Assembly (NCBI RefSeq): GCF_016432865.1
Contig: NC_067398.1
Location: 717,650,001 to 717,714,000, forward strand
Source: Antechinus flavipes
Lineage: Eukaryota
DNA length: 64,000 nt
Direction: 5' to 3'
In this document: positions 61,051 through 64,000 of the stretch, piece after piece
Numbering within the stretch: the first letter of the stretch is position 1
Layout of the letters: each line of letters starts with the position of its first letter
Made by a program: the position numbers and the translations under genes
Notes under the pieces: generated by a model
What the model was told of the DNA's origin: nothing
Database searches by the model: none
The model's input: only the letters and a program-made list of their open reading frames with translations

Positions 61051-61340
61051 GTGACATTGCATCTACCTGGGTAAAAGGTTACACTGTATCTGCCTGGACA
61101 GAAGGGAAGGAAAGTTACATTGTATCTGCCTGAGCACAGGCAGGGTAGTTACATTGTATTGGGGGGGAGAAAGGAGATAACAGTTACATTGTATCTGCAT
61201 GTGTATACATGGAGTGGTTACATTGTATCTATCCAGTTGTGGCTGGGTATGCATGGGGAAAGTTACATTGTATCTACATAGGTATGTGGGGAGAGAATGG
61301 TTACATTGTATCCATCCAGGATAAAAACCAGTTGTATCTC
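61051..61340. promoter_or_regulatory. Homotypic cluster of 8 DMRT/Doublesex-type motifs GTTACATTGTATCT with variable spacers
   Basis: Copies start at 61051, 61078, 61114, 61148, 61183, 61217, 61262 and 61300; six have the exact core GTTACATTGTAT (reverse complement ATACAATGTAAC). Confidence 0.55.
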
Positions 61341-61534
61341 CCCAGGATGTACAATCCTACTTTCACTTCTGGGTAACTTTCCCTCCAAGATAATGTAAAT
61401 TGGGGAATGGGACTATTTTCTGTCCCCTGCAGAGAGCAATGTGTTGGGTTCACAGTCAAAGTCCCCCTTTTTTCTTTCTCCTGACCATGTGACTCCTCAG
61501 CCCAGGCGCGGAGGCACCAATGGGGATGAATGGG

Positions 61535-61705
61535 GGAAAGTACACAGAACTTGGAGTCAGGGAAAAGGAGCTTGAATTGTGCCCCAGACACTTGAATGTC
61601 TGTGACCTCTCAGTTTCTCTATCTGTAAAATGGGAGTAACAATAGCACCTACTTCCCAAGGTTGTGAGGATCAAATGAGAATATGCAGGGTTTGGTAAAG
61701 TCTTG
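61535..61705 (+). mobile_element. MIR fragment
   Basis: ggagtcagg...tgtgacctctcagtttctctatctgtaaaatgggagtaacaatagcacctacttcccaaggttgtgaggatcaaatgag. Confidence 0.8.
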
Positions 61706-64000
61706 GAATTCGTCACACCCAAGGAGGAGATTTTCCTCACGGGCCAGGCCCCGGACCTTCCTTTACCTCAGTTGTGTGATGTCCAACCTCCCTTCTATCT
61801 AGTCTTAACTCTTCTCTCCGGCTCTGCTATGTGTGTGTGTCCTCAGGGATCACCCAGACGAGGCACAGAGACGCAGAAATGCTGAACCCCCAAATATATC
61901 GGGGTCCCGGACACTCCTCATTGACCGTCCACCCAATGTTGGGAGGAGGGGACGAACCCCCAAATATATTAGTGTTTCAGGCCCTTGTCACAAGGAGGCC
62001 ATTGCCAAATGGAGGCAAAGATGTCATCATGCTGCTGGCAATGGGCTAATTATGCTAATTAGCAAGGGGAGGGACTGGGGTGGTCAGTTCCCTTGGGAAT
62101 TCACAACTAACAGGGCGGCCAACCACAAGGCAGCCTAAGTGAGTTAAGGGAGGGCCGGCCATCGCCTGCCAGGCTGACCCCAGGAGGAGTTACTGCATCC
62201 ACAGGCAGACGCCATAAGAGGGCCAAAGTTCCTAAAGAACTCGCTGGGGTGTTCCCATAGGGTGGGCGGTTTCTAACGAGCCCACCGCGGTGACGCTCAG
62301 GGAGCGGAGCCGACCCTAAGGGAGGGGGACTGGGGTACAGTAGGTGGAGAAAACGGGGAAATGGCGGGTGACAGATCGGCCTGATGGGAAATAGCAAGGG
62401 GTGGAGAGAACTTTGTCAAAGCCCGGCATCTGACCTGGGATCCCGAGGCAATCCGGCCAAAGCTGCTCCCTGCTCCCTCGGGAATGGCCTGGGAATCCCA
62501 GGGGGCCCTGGGAACTTCACCAGAACTGCCCTCCCTAAGGCCCGCCTGGAACGGGCGCCCAGGGGCTCGGCCCTTTGTCACCCCAACACACAGGCCGCTC
62601 CTCCCAGTGTGCTCAATTCCACCCGCCCTTCAGGGTCCCCCAATCTGGGGTCCGAGTGTCCCAGGGGTATTGCTATCCAAAAGCTGGTAGGGAGCCCAGA
62701 CCGGAATCTGGTGACTGGGAGGGGCTGAAAAGTCTGGGCCCCGGTGGGGCTGCCGGCCAGAAAAGCTGTGTGACCTGGGGGGAAAAATGCCTTCTCTGGA
62801 GCTATTCTCTAAAAGGAGTCCTGGGCCATGGGAAGCCCCTTTCCCCCCCTCATGGGTCTGAGGCAGGAAGGAATCCTTTGAGCCCCGTGCCAGCCGGAGC
62901 AGGCCTCGAGGGCCAGGGAACCCTCGGTCCAAGCTCTTCCTTTGGAATGGGGTGAGGGGCGGCCCAGGCCCACCCCCCCAGGTTGGTGGCTACCCCTCCC
63001 CGCCAAGGCAGAGACTTCCTGGTTTGTCTCCCAGACAAAGTTCAGAAGGCGGTCCCTTCCTCTTCTGCAAGTCCTGGAACAATCTTTTCCTAAGGGCGCG
63101 TGGGGCCCCAACTTGGCTTGTGGCCGGGGCAGCTCCCGAGGAACTGGATGTTCTGTTTCCGGAGGCCCCGGGCTTGGAGGGAGCCCGGGCAGGATTTGCA
63201 CATGGGGCCTCCCCCTCGGGCTCTGGGGGCGGACTCCCAGCAGGCCCTGCACCAGCCCTCCCCACCCGGGAAGTAGGCCGGAGGGCGCTGGGCCTTTGTC
63301 TCCCCAGGCCCGCTTGGAGTGCCTGGCTATTAGGACACCGCAGCCCCCGGGGAGACCGGGAGCGTGGGCTAGCTCAGTCTCTCTGGCCCTGGCAACGCCC
63401 AAGAGACTTATCCCTGGGGCCGCCCCCATGTCCCCCAAGCCGCGGCCCTTCCAGCAAGGGGAGCCTGCCCAGTCGGGTGCTCGGCTCCTGCAGAACTTTC
63501 TCCCCCTTCTCACTCGTTGTGACTGAGGGAGGCAGGGAGGCCGGAGGATGTCTGAGAGGCCGGAGGATGTCTGAGAGGCCTAAGGTCCTTCTGAAAGCCC
63601 GAGCCTGTGTGTGCTCGGGGCCACTCCCGGGCTGCAGCTGCTCCCTCTGGTCCCTCGGCTCACTGGCGGCTTCGCGGGCCGAGCTCCCGTGCCCGGCGGG
63701 CAGCCTGGGCGTCTCTGCCACGGGGACACGCCGGGAGGAGTCCAGAGTCCAGCTCTGGCCCCCTCCCCCCATGGGAGCTCCCCGGGACCAGCTCCGGCCC
63801 TAAGCCAGTCTGCCCTTCTAGAACACCGGAGAACAATCCGAGCCCTGCTCCCTCCCTGGGTGTGAGATCAGGCGGGGACAAGAAAGCGCTGATCCCCCCC
63901 CCCCCAATCTTGGCCAAAAGAGCTTTTAAATGCAAAACCCCTGCAATGCCATGGAAACTGATTAAAGAGAGTCATTTTCTGGCACCAAAAGGAGCATTAA

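Noticed and set aside
61051-61340. CRISPR array (conserved repeat with unique spacers)
   Set aside because: Mammalian context, repeats only 14 bp, irregular spacers, no cas genes or leader; reinterpreted as a transcription-factor site cluster.
59500-64000. CLTCL1 terminal exons expected from synteny
   Set aside because: No clathrin heavy-chain peptide recognised; ORFs here look like GC-rich noise.

Overview
GC-rich mammalian genomic DNA. A WSINE1-type SINE, marsupial-type L1 ends and an RTE-BovB copy point to a marsupial, possibly a dasyurid. I reconstructed three spliced genes by hand from splice sites and reading-frame phase. (1) SLC25A1 (mitochondrial citrate carrier) is complete: 9 exons, minus strand, 53629-59055, 313 aa. 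(2) An unnamed, compact 31-exon THADA/Trm732-family paralog (about 1910 aa, minus strand, 13758-34086) has a 28-nt microexon, altered RRSAG(I/L)P and HRG family motifs, and one apparent 1-nt frameshift in a G5 run. (3) An unnamed Myb/SANT-like plus coiled-coil gene of the Harbinger-derived MSANTD/NAIF1 type (388 aa, plus strand, 37478-49438) lies head-to-head with the THADA paralog and tail-to-tail with SLC25A1. By recollection of human 22q11.2 this is the GSC2-SLC25A1 interval, where I know of no equivalent coding genes, so these two genes may be a pair lost in eutherians (untested). The most striking non-coding signals are a repeat-spacer cluster of 8 DMRT-type motifs (GTTACATTGTATCT, 61051-61313), an inverted pair of the same 32-33 bp minisatellite around the last Myb/SANT exon, a 134-bp direct duplication around an LTR-like insert, and a short telomere-like insertion in BovB. 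Most long ORFs in the supplied track are artefacts of simple repeats or high GC. No RNA genes or CRISPR arrays were found. No database searches or alignments were run; family assignments rest on recalled consensus sequences.
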